This document shows, piece after piece, positions 10,901-24,200 of a DNA stretch of 64,000 bases; within the stretch, counting starts at the first letter, position 1, and every line of letters starts with the position of its first letter. Origin of the DNA: Gonapodya sp. JEL0774 (Eukaryota). The stretch spans positions 248,001 to 312,000 of the forward strand of contig JADIIX010000003.1 in the NCBI GenBank assembly GCA_027604505.1, read 5' to 3'. The notes beneath the pieces are model-generated. The model was not told where the DNA came from and ran no database searches. It saw nothing but the letters and a program-made list of their open reading frames with translations. Position numbers and translations under genes: made by a program.

Positions 10901-13068
10901 TGCGAGTCACCCAGAATGGTTTCCAAGCGATTGGATTTGTCAATGTGCGGCGGATCAAGCACGAGAATTAAGCCCGACGGACTGGGTTGAACCGAACCAG
11001 AGTATACCACCGAGAATCGGGGCACCTCCTCCTCGGAAATGCATGGCTGGGAGTAACCCGGAAGAGAGCATCCGCGCTCCCTCAGCCGAGCCCACGTGTC
11101 CTCCTCTGACTTTGGGCCCCTTCTCCCTTTCCCCTTCCAAATTTGCCAGGCGTGGCCACCGACTCGCCCAGCGGCAAGTTCCTCCTCAAACACGGTCTGT
11201 AACACAGAAACAATGTGAGGGGGATTAATGATGTCAGGGTCAAGAAGGTTTCGCGCGGCAGCAATGATTTTGTGTAAGGCTGGGATGTGTTCAAAAAACG
11301 AGACAGGTAGAGGTCCAGACGGTACTACGTGGCGTAGGAGACAGAACTCAAGGTGCGCGACGGCTTATATTATACAACAGGCGGAATCAGGTCAGAGCGA
11401 TCACGAAGGTGCACGAGATGAAGATACAATTGCAAACTAACCGTCCTCTTGTCTGGGTGTCTGGCAACGGCTCCGCATTCGGTTCATCATCGCTGCTGCA
11501 ACGACTCCGAAATGCGGCACATGTATTTTCGTAACCGCCCCGAGGGGTGCTCGAGGGTTTCTGGACAGACCACTGTCCGATGCTGTGGGCTCCACCTCGC
11601 TGCCCATAGATGGTGGGCCGGCTGCACCGATCGATCTCACTGATGGTGTGCTCAAATTTTGTTGCTGAGATGATCTTGCTTGCGGTGCTGTTGATGGATT
11701 TGGTTGAGAGAGGGCACGCCTGCCGTGACTGATGGTGGGGGTTCGGTTTGAGGATGCCACCGCGGCACCACTCGCAGTCGCGGAAGCACGGGTACCATTG
11801 TTAAGAGATAGCTGAGCCATGGCTGCTATGGGAGTTTGAGGTGTTTGAGGGACAAAGCCTTGGCGTTTTTCTGTTGTGGTGAATGAGGGGGAACTCGGGA
11901 CAACACCAGTGACGGGAACGGAATCGGAGAGCAGAGGGGCGGAGCTGGTTGCTGCCGGACCAAGTGGCGGCGAGGATGAAAACGAGAATGCCGCAGAGGA
12001 CCGTTGAGAGGACGACGGACGGACTGTGCGAGGGGGGGGCGGCGGAGTCAGTTGGTCGGGCCATTGTGGGGCAGCCCTGGGACCCAAAGCCCGAGTAGGT
12101 CGGCGTAGAGGCGGTGTTAGGGCTCTCGGCGGTTCTTGTAGAGTGTTTGAATGCGTCTGAGAGGCACAATTCTGGCTGTGCGATACTCCACCAGGGCGGA
12201 ACCGTTTGTTGGGGAGTGGAGGTTCGACGACGTCCGGGCGTTCTGCTGGCGATCGCTTGGAACCACGGTTAATACCTCTGTTGTTACTATCGGGGCTAGA
12301 TTCGGGTGACTCAAACCGGTCGCTGGCCCAGTCTGACGACTCGCAGTCTGAATCCACCATCGTAGTGGTGGCCGCCGCTGAGCAAGATGGGCTATTGGCA
12401 TCAGAACCGCTGCCGGGGAACGTGCCTGGCATAATTAGAGTATCGTCTGAATCGTTTGAGTATCCGGAATCAGTCCAGTCTGGGCTTGCATCTGGTGTGA
12501 CGGTGGTGGAGTCTGCTGGACGACGAACGGCTTTCTTTCCCTTGGCGACAGTAAAGCACGGCCGGGAGACCGACTGGGGCATTTCCAAATCAGCAAAATC
12601 ATCGTCTGAGGCGCTGTAGTTGTCTTGCATCAATCCATCGACGTACGGCGACAAGTCAAGTTCTGACCCTCTTGAAGGATTGGGTACAGTTGCGGCCGGT
12701 GATGGTGATGGGGAGCCAGGCAGTTGAGACAGCCTGGATCTGTTGTTTTCTGTGGTTTGGGGGCGATCGCGCAAGGGGATGGCGAGATTTCGAGATGTTT
12801 GGAACACATGCCTGTCACACGGACTTCCACCGAACGGCACGATGTTGGCGTATGAAATATGGGTTCCAGCAGCGAAAAAGTCACCACCGGAAATGGCGGC
12901 AACTGGAGCAGATGGGAAGCGTTTTTGCGGTGCGAAGTTTTGGGAAGACCATGAAGATTGGACTGAAGAGGAAGAGGGGACACCTGGGCCCGATTCCAAA
13001 TGAGCAGCACCCGGATATCGCTTCCGAGACGTGGCGGCTATGTTTGCCCCGTTCATCGGCGCTGACAT
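7919..13068 (-). CDS. Cellular RNA-dependent RNA polymerase (RNAi, QDE-1-type), multi-exon
   Basis: Catalytic loop RLGGGDYDGDRVLVIFD, plus MTDGAGLIS, SALQMRLLGAKGML, KARIPIPDS, PDPSEKLPEGCIFFQ and KNP motifs. The 543-aa exon 1 joins in frame through a canonical intron at ~11362-11441. Confidence 0.92.
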
Positions 13069-13627
13069 CCGCTGTATGAAAGGAAGGAGCTAGCCGGATG
13101 GTGTGTGGGCCAGTGCCGAGCTAGTGGCACCTGCGTTCTGCGGGAGCCGGACCCTATTGTTTCTCATATCATTTTGGAAAGTATAGGTTCTTCTCCGTGG
13201 TGGCTTCAGCACTCTTATCACGAAGGATATTCAATTAATTTTATTTACAGAACTTTTCGGGTGCTTTATAGTTTGGGATCGCTGTCGGGAGAGAGCAGAC
13301 ACAACGCGTCTCCTACATGTATCGACGCTCCGTGGAGAATTCACAAAAAACTCAACAGTGGAAGGAATGTTTGATGTGCTGTCTGAAACTGACTTTCAAC
13401 TGACAATTTTTGAAACCCGAGTGTCAGATGTTTGCTTGGAGATGGTACGAGAGAAACCAGAAAGGCACTTACCTTGCCATGCATTTTGAGCTTTCGAGGT
13501 TTGCAATTCAGAATTTGTATTTTAGAAAACTATACGGGGCACCGAGTTTGGAGAGCCAGCAGAATTTGGTTCCGACAGATTTCGCATCAGTAGTGATTCC
13601 TCTCTCCACCTTCCTTCGTACCACATA

Positions 13628-16508
13628 ATGACGGCAGAAACAGCCACGCTGACAGCCGTAGAGGACGTGGAGAAGGTGCGGACTTCGTTCTTGCTTCCTC
13701 TCCACCACATCGATTTCATTATCAATCAATCTCGCAGGGGTCTCCCACAAAAGTTGGTACAGGCTCTCCAGCCAACCCGGAAACCTCAAAGTATGAGTAC
13801 ACCACAAAGGAGACGATTTTTATCGGTGCGTTGGCCATTGAGCATGATCCCGCGAGATCCTTCATTCTCTCACACCTCTATCCGGGAACAACTAAACCCC
13901 GACATTCAGTGTGCCTCATTTCTCTGTCTATCTTACTCGCGGCGCTAGATTCCACGATCGTTGCCACAGCGAGTCCGGTGTGAGTTGATGGGAACTGAAC
14001 TCCAAAGACCACACACCCCTCGAACTCATTTAACATTGCGTACCAATAGTATTGTCTCCGAACTTGATGGCACATCACTCTACTCATGGGTTGGAAATTC
14101 TTATTTGCTCACAAGCACTGCCCTGCAAGTGAGTGAGGTCACCTCATACGTTCAGCCTTTTCCTGTTCATTCTCTGAGCGCTCTTTTCCATTGAATTTCC
14201 TATTTTTAAGCCACTTTGGGGGAAGCTTTCGGACATTTTTGGCCGGAAGCGCTCTCTTCTCTTTGTTGTTGTCGTTTTCCTCGGAGGCTCCGCATTTTGC
14301 GGCGCCGCATCCTCCATGATCATGCTGATTGTCGCTCGAGCCATTCAAGGTTCGAGTTTACATGCGTTATTTGGTGTGCGAAGGGAAAATAGTTACTTGG
14401 GGTTTGAACTAATCTCTGTTCACTCCTTTCGCTCGCAGGCGTCGGCGGAGGAGGAATCTTCGCCGTCACCTATGTGGTCATCTCGGAAATCGTACCACTC
14501 CGTGAGCGAGGTACGTGACAATCCACTACCTTCGTGTTACTCCGTCCTCGTGCCATCAGGCGACACACCCATTTCACTCATCACCCCTAGGCAAGTACAC
14601 TGGTATTATCGCATCGACTTGGGCATTGGCGTCCCTTATCGGCCCTCTTCTTGGCGTGAGTTGGAGTCCAGGTTGATCGTAACCCATGTCTCAGTGTATG
14701 TTGCTCAATCTCACTCGGCCGCTCAATCTTTGCAGGGAGTCTTCACCGACACCATCTCCTGGCGATGGGCGTTTTGGATGTAGGTGTTCTCCCAACTTGG
14801 GAGAAATGTGCTTGTACCTACTTCTAGTCGTGTTCACGCAAGAGGCCTATTTTGCGTCTGCAGCAACCTTCCCTTTGGAATTCCCAGCATCGTGGGTATC
14901 TTGGTCTACCTCCGCCTCCCACCGCCCAAGGGCTCTATCCGTGACCAACTGGCCCGGGTGGATTGGATCGGAAGCTTTATTTTCACTAGCGCGATTACGC
15001 TTTTGCTCTTGGGACTTTCTTTTGGAGGTACGTGGTTTTGCCCAATACCTAATGACTGGACATGTCCGAAGTTGCGTTCAGGATGATGAATACTGTCCTA
15101 TCTTTTCTCCTACACATAAGGCACAACTTTTCCCTGGCTGAGCGCACCCGTTCTCGTCTGTCTCATTCTCCCAGTATTTCTAGTGACCCTGTTCGTCTTT
15201 TGGGAATTACATTACGCGAAGGAACCCGTCATCCCCATGTCCCTCTTTGAGGCCCGAAACGTTCGTTTCGCATTCGTCGCAACATTTGCGATCGGCGTGA
15301 ACATGGTGAGAGTCTCTCTGGACACAACTCCACTTTGTCGAGTATGTTGTTGTTTTCGTTCGCTCGCTCACCCTTCCTCCCGTTCTCCCATTCAGTTCGG
15401 CGTCAGTTACTTCGTTCCCTTGTACCTACAGAGCGTCAAGGGATTCTCCGCCACGAGTTCGGGCCTCGTTTCCCTTCCTGAGTCTCTCGTCATTTCATTT
15501 GTCATCATGGCCGCTGGTTTTGCCACCGCACGCACTGGGCAGTATATTCCTTTCATCTGGTTCGGCACCGCCGTTAACTGCCTGTGCACCGCACTCTATT
15601 TGATTTTCGATGTGGATACCGCAATCTGGGTGGTTATTGTGGTAATGATGGCGCAAGGATTTGGAATGGCGTTTGTCATGCAGAACATCATCATGACGTC
15701 TCAGACGGCCGTATCGGACCGATTGATCGGACCAGTAAGCTCCGTTGCCATGTAAGTTGAAAATCTGGCGGCAGGTCAGTGGGTATTGCCTCCAAGTTCT
15801 TTCCCGGTGCCATCGGGAGTCGCAGAGCAATTCATATGGCGGGATTCCGGTTATTGACTGTTTACTCTGCATATATCTCTCCCAGTTTCCTCCGCACGAT
15901 TGGTGGCACCGTTGGACTCGCGGTGCTCGGGTCCGTTTTTTCCAACGCTTTCGGAACAAAATTGGAGCCAGAGCTCGCTCCCATCTACGCTCGAATCGAA
16001 GGGGCAGGTGGGAGCTCAGCTCAGCTCCGGGCTCTGTTTGTAAGTTTCTGTGCTTTTCTTTGTATTATAGTCGAGTTTCTCCCTTTCATTATCCCTGTTC
16101 GCCCGTCTGTAGGGGTCCAACACGGACACGTTTTCCCTTGAAAAAATCATCAAATCACTCGCTTATGACGAGTCTGTCCGAGAAGCGCTTCGCTCTGCCC
16201 TCATCTCCAGCCAAATGTATGCGACTCACCTGGCGTTTGCTGCCGCCATCCCCTTTGCCGGTTTGTGTCTCGTAGTAGTGCTCTTTTTGCGCCACATCCC
16301 ATTGCGTACGACGAGCTCGCTAAAAATTAATCTGGATGAGGAGCAGAAGGAGAGCCTGCAAAAGGATGCACTTGAGGGTGTGTCGGAGGTAACTGTCGGC
16401 TCGGACGAAGTCGTTCCACTCAAGAGTGACAAGGATGATGAAAAGGTTACGGAGGAGAGCCCGGGCGGAGAGAGCGCCGAAACGAAAAAGGAAATGATTT
16501 CGACATGA
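13628..16508 (+). CDS. MFS drug:H+ antiporter, DHA2 (14-TMS) family, multi-exon
   Basis: Motifs LDSTIVATA, SWVGNSYLLTSTALQ, PLWGKLSDIFGRK, RAIQG, WRWAFW, NLPFG, DWIG, EPVIPMSLF, YFVPLYLQSVKG and FLRTIGGTVGLA. Confidence 0.92.
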
Positions 16509-16638
16509 GATCAATTGTAATAATTTCTTTAGTCTAATCTGACTTTGTAGTAGCGTACAGCATGTTTAGACAATAATTTGCACTCAAATCTACAGAATCA
16601 GTGAAAAATCTCGGGTGTGAGTTGGCGCATTCCAATAG

Positions 16639-19600
16639 TTACTTGGCCAGACCGCCGAGTAGACCCACCAACCCTGAGAGTGTACCCTTGTTCGCCTTTC
16701 GCGCCTGCTCCTCTCTTCGCTCCCTGTTCGCTTTTTTCTTCAACCACCTGTCCCGCATCAGCTGTTTGACCACGCTCACCCCCTCGACCACATTCAGTCT
16801 CGAAGTTTCAAACAGCTTGTCAGTCGTATCACGGCTGTATGCGAAATTGAACGTCGAGCATTGCGGGTGTGTTACTGGTGAGAAAGTCTTATCTTCCAGG
16901 CCAGGGTTCTTCACCAAAGGGAAGTATACGATGTCAGGCCCATCGCCCTCCTCATCCTCGTCCTCAGTAACGCCAGTAGCCTCAGCCTCCACTTCACCCT
17001 CCCGGGTGTGACGCTTGGGTTGCGGATAGTCCACATATTTGATCACCACCACACGGTCTTCGAGCATCATTTTTTCCGAGAGGTCCTCAACAGTGAGATA
17101 CGGGAACTTGATTCCGTTGTTGTAAGCATATATTGATGAGGAGACCAGATCCATGCGGCGCGAGTAGAGATCCGCAGAGTGTTGAAGGCCAATAAAGATG
17201 TCGACTGATTAAGGAAGCAGATATGACCAGTCAGTTTGGGAAATGGGAAAAACATTAGTGTGAAAAATCCTCATAGCTCTCTTATTCTTCAACCCACCAT
17301 TCCTTCCCTCCCTCAACATCTGCAAAAAAGGCGTGTTGATCCTCATCCCCCCGTCCATAAGCGTCAGTGTTTGAGTTTCAGACATGTCAGCAGGTAAAGA
17401 GTCCATCCCGTAGAACGGATTACGGATCAAAGCCGGTTCAAACACTCTAGATGTCTGCACAAGAAATGTGGTAGTGAGGGAACAGATCATTGTAGGAGAA
17501 CGTCAGGCGAGGGCTTAACCGGGAGACGTACCGCATGGGTGTCAATTAGGGATTTGACCTTATCCCGCAAGAAGAGAGGCATGTCGGTCTCGAAGTTTTG
17601 ATAAATGACGGCTACAACAGCAACACAGGACGGTTCGAGTCAAGTTAGCGAGATCACGACTGCACAGCCACCGTGCGCACCCCCGCTCCGTTTCCAACTC
17701 ACAAAAATTGGCCAAAAATGCGGAGCTTCCGATACCCAACAAGTATCCAAATGGCATCTCGGGCATCGCTACCGCATTCACCTTCCCTACCACCTTATTG
17801 TCTGCGTCTTCCGTCTGGGTCCCCGCCTCTCCGTCATTCGTCATTTCCCCAGCGCGCCCTTTCGTCGCATCCTTCAGCAATTCTTGTGCGTAGGCCAACG
17901 CATGCGCCAGCCCCGTACTCGCTCCCACTTCCTCCACCTTCTCCCTTTCGTCGTCCACTTCAACCTCCTCCAACACGATACTCTGCCCATTCTCAAAGTG
18001 TCGACCGAAGGCCCAGATGGGTACACCAGCCTCCTTGCCCTTCTCAACGCGGGAGAATTCAAAGGGAGTGAATTCGTAGAACTGGAAAGTGGCTTTGGGA
18101 AGCATTGCTGGGGGAGCGGCCGGAGAGGCGTGAGCTGCTGCGGACGAAGTAGTCGTAGCTGAATCTTGCTTGGCGTCTCCCTTGGTCGATACGACACTCT
18201 TGGCAGCCACGGCGTCCGTGTCCTCGACCTTCACCCCCGTCTTTACACTCTTGACCAATAACTCGACCCTCTCCAACATGCTTGGCTTAACCACCACGGC
18301 GTCGCTTGGGTCCCCAACAGCCTCCACCCTCCCCTCCCCACCCGTCTCCACCTCCTCCTTGACATTCTCACCCGTCTTGTCATTTGCTTTGTCATCCAGC
18401 TTCCCCGCCTCCACGTACTCCACTCCTTCCCCAGTGATACCAAACACCCCCATGGGAACCTTCCCCTCCATCACCGCCTTCGCATGCTTGCTGACCCTCG
18501 CCGCCCTCCACTCCACTGCATGATCACCAGGACCAGGAGGAAAGTTGCGCGGTGGAGGAAGCAGGAGACGTGCTGTCAGCATGGTAGACCAGAGGTCGAA
18601 AGCATCGAGGGGGGGCAGGGTGGCCTCGGGGTGGTCGTAAATGAGCTATAATGAGCAAAACGGGAGGAAGCGGTACAGCATGAGATGCTATAACAAGCTC
18701 CGTATTGTGGCGTGTCGCCTCACTGAAGGGGATCTGATCAATCACCACCAAACAATTCATCACACGGAACCCACTTTTCTGATGAACCCTTCCCCCACAA
18801 ACCCAGCCACCACTGGATCCTGCGCCATCATCCACACGGTCCTGCCGATGCTCATGAAATCTCCCGCGAGCTGGTTCTTGAGGTTCCACAAGATCGTGTC
18901 GAGGGGTGGAGGCGGAGACGGCGAGAGGTACGCCGGGTAAGGAAGGTGCGGTAGGAGTGGTGGGTGGGCGGGGTTGGTGGGTTGTGGAGACGGGTTAGAA
19001 GTCGTCGTTGGGGCAGTTGTGGTAGTAGTTGTGGTTGTAGTCGTTGAGGTGGCAGATGTGATGGTGGTGGTGACCGTCGTGGTAGTTGAGTCGGCGTCGG
19101 CTTGAGACTGGGACTTGAGCTTGGCAATGATTGCACGAAACCATTCGGGAGCGGCGGAAGCGGAGTTGGTTGCGACTGCTGAATTGGTACCGGAAGCAGT
19201 TCCTTTCGCCACGGTGACATCCGCAATGGTGCCTTCAGCGTTGGCGTCGGTAGCAGTCCCTGTGACCGCGGCTGACTCCGACTCTGCTCCCGTTTCTGCA
19301 CTGGTTCCATTTCCAACACCTTTACCGAAATCCTGCAATCCCGCGACCAAAGTCCTCCACCAATCTGCCTCTTTGGAGACGGAAAAGGAGGAGATGGAGG
19401 TCCACCAGGGTAAAAGGGAGGGGGAAGAGGAACTGCTGGTAGTGGTGGTGGACGCGGAGGAGAAAAAGGAGGATGTGGTTGAAGGTGGTGGGAGGTATCG
19501 AACGAGACCGCCATGAAGGTCCAGGTCGAGTTGTTCCGGTGAGATAGACTCGCGGAGTTCCGCTGTGAGCTCTAGTCCACGGATCTTGCGCCTCTTCGCG

Positions 19601-20385
19601 GCTCTGTCCTCGCCCTTTTTCACGGCCTGATAATCATGATAGCCACCTTGGTTGGTCTCATGGTCGCCAACGACAATGTGATTGGTGTAAAAGGCACCCA
19701 TGGTCCATGTCGCCCCGGATATACCTGCCCAGTACGTGACACAGTCGAATATGCCGGCGTCGTGGAGGGCGAGGACATTTCCCGCTGAGGAGATCATGGC
19801 ACGGCAGCCACCGCCACTGGCGACGATCGCGACGGTGGGAGCGTCGGCGGGGAGGACTTTGGGGATGGACGCTTCGCCTTGAGCGCGGGGCATGGAGCCA
19901 AAGAGGAGGGACATTTCCTTGGCGACATATTCTGCGCGGGCTTTGCGGAACTGAATCTCTTCCGGGGTGAGTGATTTGCCGACTCTGACACTGGCGTTGC
20001 GTTTGAGTTCGGGGTGGCGGATGGGGTTCGAGAGGGTGGCCAAGTCGGGGGCGAGCGGGGAGCCGGGCTGTCTGATGAGATGTTCCAGGGTTGGCGGTGC
20101 GGGAAGAGAGGGCAGCGTGGGCATTTGCATTTGTGCGAGGGACGGCATGTTGGCCGAGAGTGAAGCGAGCGTGGGCATCGTGGGAAGCTTGAATGAAGCA
20201 GATGACGATGTTTGCACGGCTGCAGTTGACGCTTCAGAGGGAGTTGTAGATGCGAGCGCGGGTGCAGGTGCGGGTGTTGATGATTCAGTTGGAGCTGCTG
20301 GAGGCGCTGTGTCGGGTTGAGACTGCACGGATGGCACGGATGGCCCCGAGTGAGCAGACACTGCAGAAGAAAAGAAACGCTGCAT
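16639..20385 (-). CDS. Cytosolic phospholipase A2 / lysophospholipase (PLAc domain), multi-exon
   Basis: Oxyanion SGGGCRAM, nucleophile GISGATW, FQFYEFTPFE, catalytic Asp LMDGGMRINTP and C-terminal STFNFAYS. The start at MQRFFSS (20385) is inferred. Confidence 0.88.
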
Positions 20386-21283
20386 TGCCAATACTGGTTG
20401 CGAGGGTGACCGAGTGTGAATGGGTGCGCAGAGTGTCCAGGGGTGCGCGACGGCACCGAAAACGACGGCGCGTGACACGGCGGACACGGTGGCGAAAGAG
20501 ACCGCAAGTGGGATGATGACGTCACTCAGATTGCTGGAGAGCAAGGAGGAATCGGCCGTTGGGTCCCGTTTCGTTTGATGCGTATGCGATGGTCGAAAGT
20601 CAACACGTCACCATGAGATGAAACACCGGAACGCTGCCCGAACCCTAAACGCTCACCCCTAGATGGCTGTGATGGTCCACCGGCAACAAGGTTGGAATGA
20701 GCGCACGCGAAATCGGTGTCAAGCGGTGGAGCGATGGAGAATTTATTCTCTCTGGCGCATGTGCATATATACAGGTCCGAATATGTACGTCACGACATCG
20801 TGATTTCCCGAACCTACCACATCCAACCCAAAAACGGTTCAATATTCAATAGGGACATACCCGTAATTTTAATGTAGTTGCTCTTCACCCACGTATAAAT
20901 TTTCACTCCTGCAGTTGGGCTCTTCTCTCAGAACAACGGTTCATCACCAGTTCATCACACTTCCATTACATCGTCGCTATCTGAGAAGATCCACTTCGAT
21001 TTGGTCATACCATCCAGCCATGATCCGTGCTAGCTTTTGTTTGTGACGAAGGAGGAAATTTACATATGACGAGACATTGAAAATATGTACCAAAATCACG
21101 TTTCCCGAATAATTGTGAGCGTCTTTGAGAACAGAGCTGCTTTTATTTTCTCTGGATTGCTGGAGTGCTATGGTGGCGATGTGATGATGGCTGAGTCCCA
21201 GACACATAATAAATGAGCACGAAAGACCGAAACTAATCCAACGAATTCGCGATCTCTTCAATCCTTCAACCTCGAATCAAACA

Positions 21284-24200
21284 ATGCAACAGAACCAATC
21301 GCCATTTTACTACCAGAACCAGCCGGGACAGCCCCCGTACCACCCACCCCCGCATGACCCGCATCTGCAACAGCAGTACCCGCCATATGGACAGCAAAAT
21401 CAGCAGCCCGGTGGCCAGCAGGTGCGCTTACGGTGATATCTTGAGATGGAGAGAGCGGCAGCTGGCCCCAGATTCTTCATATGCTTTGAGATTCGGGTGA
21501 CACCAAGCAACCCCGGATTGTTCTTGTTTGAGGCTTGACACACCCGCAACAGCCAAAAATCGACCCACGATACAATCGGGCACCGCAATCCACTGATTCA
21601 GGTGGAGAAAACTTGGAACTGGAAGGTCCAGAGCCTCACAGTCAACTTACGTCACGACCATGTCGTTTGTCAAGACCCAACTAAAGGTGCTCAAGGAACT
21701 AAAATTTGAAGGTCGAAAGATGGATGTGGCATTTACATCAGCATTCAGAAATGAGCGGTGTTCTTCGGATGCGAGACTCAACTCAGTATCCACTTTGTCT
21801 TTACGGAGTTCATATTCGTTTGTTCAAGAGAATCCTTGTATTGTTCCCATTCCCAATTTCACCCTTTCTGACACTCGCTTTCGTGTCACACTCCTCAGTA
21901 TTACCCTCCACCCGCCCAGGGTTATCCCCCACCACAACATTACTCTCCAACTCCTCAAGGCGGACCGCCCTATCCGCAACAACCTCAACCTTACTCGTAC
22001 GAACTAGGGACGAGCTCCGGCCAGCTGAATAATGTGGGTTCTGTGAAATGGTTACCCATGGGCATATCCCCACACTCACCCTTCTCACCGTTCTCGACGG
22101 ACCTTTAAAACGAACCCACATCTTGCTCGTTCTCATTATCCAAAACGAAACTCCAAAACTTTCTCCACCTTATGCGACTCTCCACCAGCCCTCTGCTTAC
22201 CCTCCAGCTGCGTACGGCCAACCACCCCCTTCACACAGCTCGCAATACCAACAAACCCAACCACCTTACGCGGGCCCCCAGGCGCCACCACTTTCGTCCA
22301 TACAGAAACCCTACCCTCAACAGTCACAGCATCCGCAGTATGGACCTCCTCAGGGTCAGTACCCTCCTCCAGCTGGCTATCCTCCAGGGCAGTACCAGGC
22401 CACGCAATCACCTTATCCACCACAGGGTCTAGCATCACCCGCATACCCTCCATCGGGACAAGCTCCGTCCCCGTACGCACCCCCCCCACAGCAAACTTAC
22501 TCGCCCCAACCACAACAACCTTACGGTGGCTCCCCCTACGGTGCGCCCCCACCGGGCGGGCAGAACCAGAGTCCGTACACCCTTGCCCGCTCCCCGTCGC
22601 CCCACGGCAGTGTAGCCTCAGTGGGCTTCACCAACCTGCCCCCCATCACCCCGCAAGCCAAATTGGAGCTGCGTATATCTTGTATCAACTTGCCCAACAA
22701 GGACGTTATGTCCAAGTCGGATCCTAGGGTGCACGTGTTTATGGAGAAGGCAATGTCGGCCACGGTGGGCGGGCAGCAACAGCAACAGCAACCGGGGCTG
22801 CAGAGGAGACATACGTTTGTAAAGCAGTGGGTGGAGGTGGGCGTGACGGAGACGGTCAAGGGTGAGTGCTTTTGTGTGCACTCCCAGGTGGCTGTATTGT
22901 ACGGCGGCTAATCACCTTATTGTCACCTTTTCTCCTTCTATGCGCCATTCCTTATGAATGTTTCACCACCAACACAACCTCAAATCGAATCCAGACAACC
23001 TCAACCCCGTCTTCAACACCTCCATTCCCGTCGCCTATCTCTTTGAAACCACCCAGCTCCTCCGCTTCGTCGTGGTCGACGTGGACAACTACAAACCCAC
23101 CGCCCCGGCCCACCAACAAGACTTCCTCGGTTTCGTCGAAGTACCCCTGGCGAGTATCGTACAAGGGTCCACCGGGAGGAAGTTTGAGCGGTACATTGTG
23201 GGAGAAGGCCCACCGGGCATGAATTTTCGTACCACTGCCACGGTCCGGGCCGGCACCATTACGCTTGCCCAGTCGATGTCCATGGGTGCGGGTGGTCGAG
23301 CCACTTCGGGAGCTAACGAGCTCACTCCGGGTGCCCGCGGTGCGACCCCGGCACTGGATACGGGGAGGAGGCTGGCGACCATGAGGATCAGCTGTGAGGA
23401 ACTGCCGGATGCGGAGAGTGAGGCGGCGAAAACGAGTTATGTCGTGAGAGTGCGGGCCGAGAAGCTGGATAAGAAGGTGAGGAGCATGTGGGGGTGGGGT
23501 TTTGGGAGGATACTAGTCTGTGTGGGCTTCGGCTCCACTCGGTGGTTGGGTTTCCTTCTGGAGTTGAATGTTACTGCTGTGCTTACAACCGCGTCCGTAT
23601 TTCTCCAGGACATGTTCGGCTCATCAGACCCTTACCTTGTCGTTTCCAAACTCCGTCCTGGCGGTGGTGGATCGGGAGGCGGCAGCAAAGGTCTCGCGGG
23701 CGACTGGGTTGTAGTTCACAAAACCGAAACAGTCATGAACAATTTGAATCCCGGGTTTCGAGAGTTTAAGCTTCCCGCGAGTTCTCTGACAGGGGGAGAT
23801 GTGGACCGACCCATTTTGTGGGAAGTGTGGGACTGGGATAAGAATTCGGCGCATGATTTGATCGGGAAAGGACAATTGACTGTGCGGTGAGGTTTCACCG
23901 ATGTTGAAGTTGTATCATATGAACGATTATAGTTGACCAGGTGTGTTGTGGGTTGATCGGGTATCGAAAGGCAACTCTTGGGCTCCGAAAAAACGACGGC
24001 TGGAAGACGCCTCGAACTCATCAACGAAGAACGTCGTGCGAAGAAAGGCAAAAGCTATTCCAACTCAGGCACGCTCGTGTTCGACTATTTTTCGGAAAAA
24101 CGAGAATTTTCCTTCCTCGATTACATTGCAGCGGGGACTGAAATGAGCCTGGCAGTCGCCGTGGACTTTACAGCTTCGAACGGGGACCCTAGGCAGTCGA

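Noticed and set aside
7919..13068. RdRP as an endogenised virus
   Set aside because: It has the DxDGD double-psi barrel motif of cellular RNAi RdRPs and many spliceosomal introns, with no viral GDD-type motifs.
18990..19090. GTN triplet repeat as an array element
   Set aside because: It simply encodes poly-Thr in the phospholipase. No CRISPR-like repeat-spacer structure was seen here or elsewhere.
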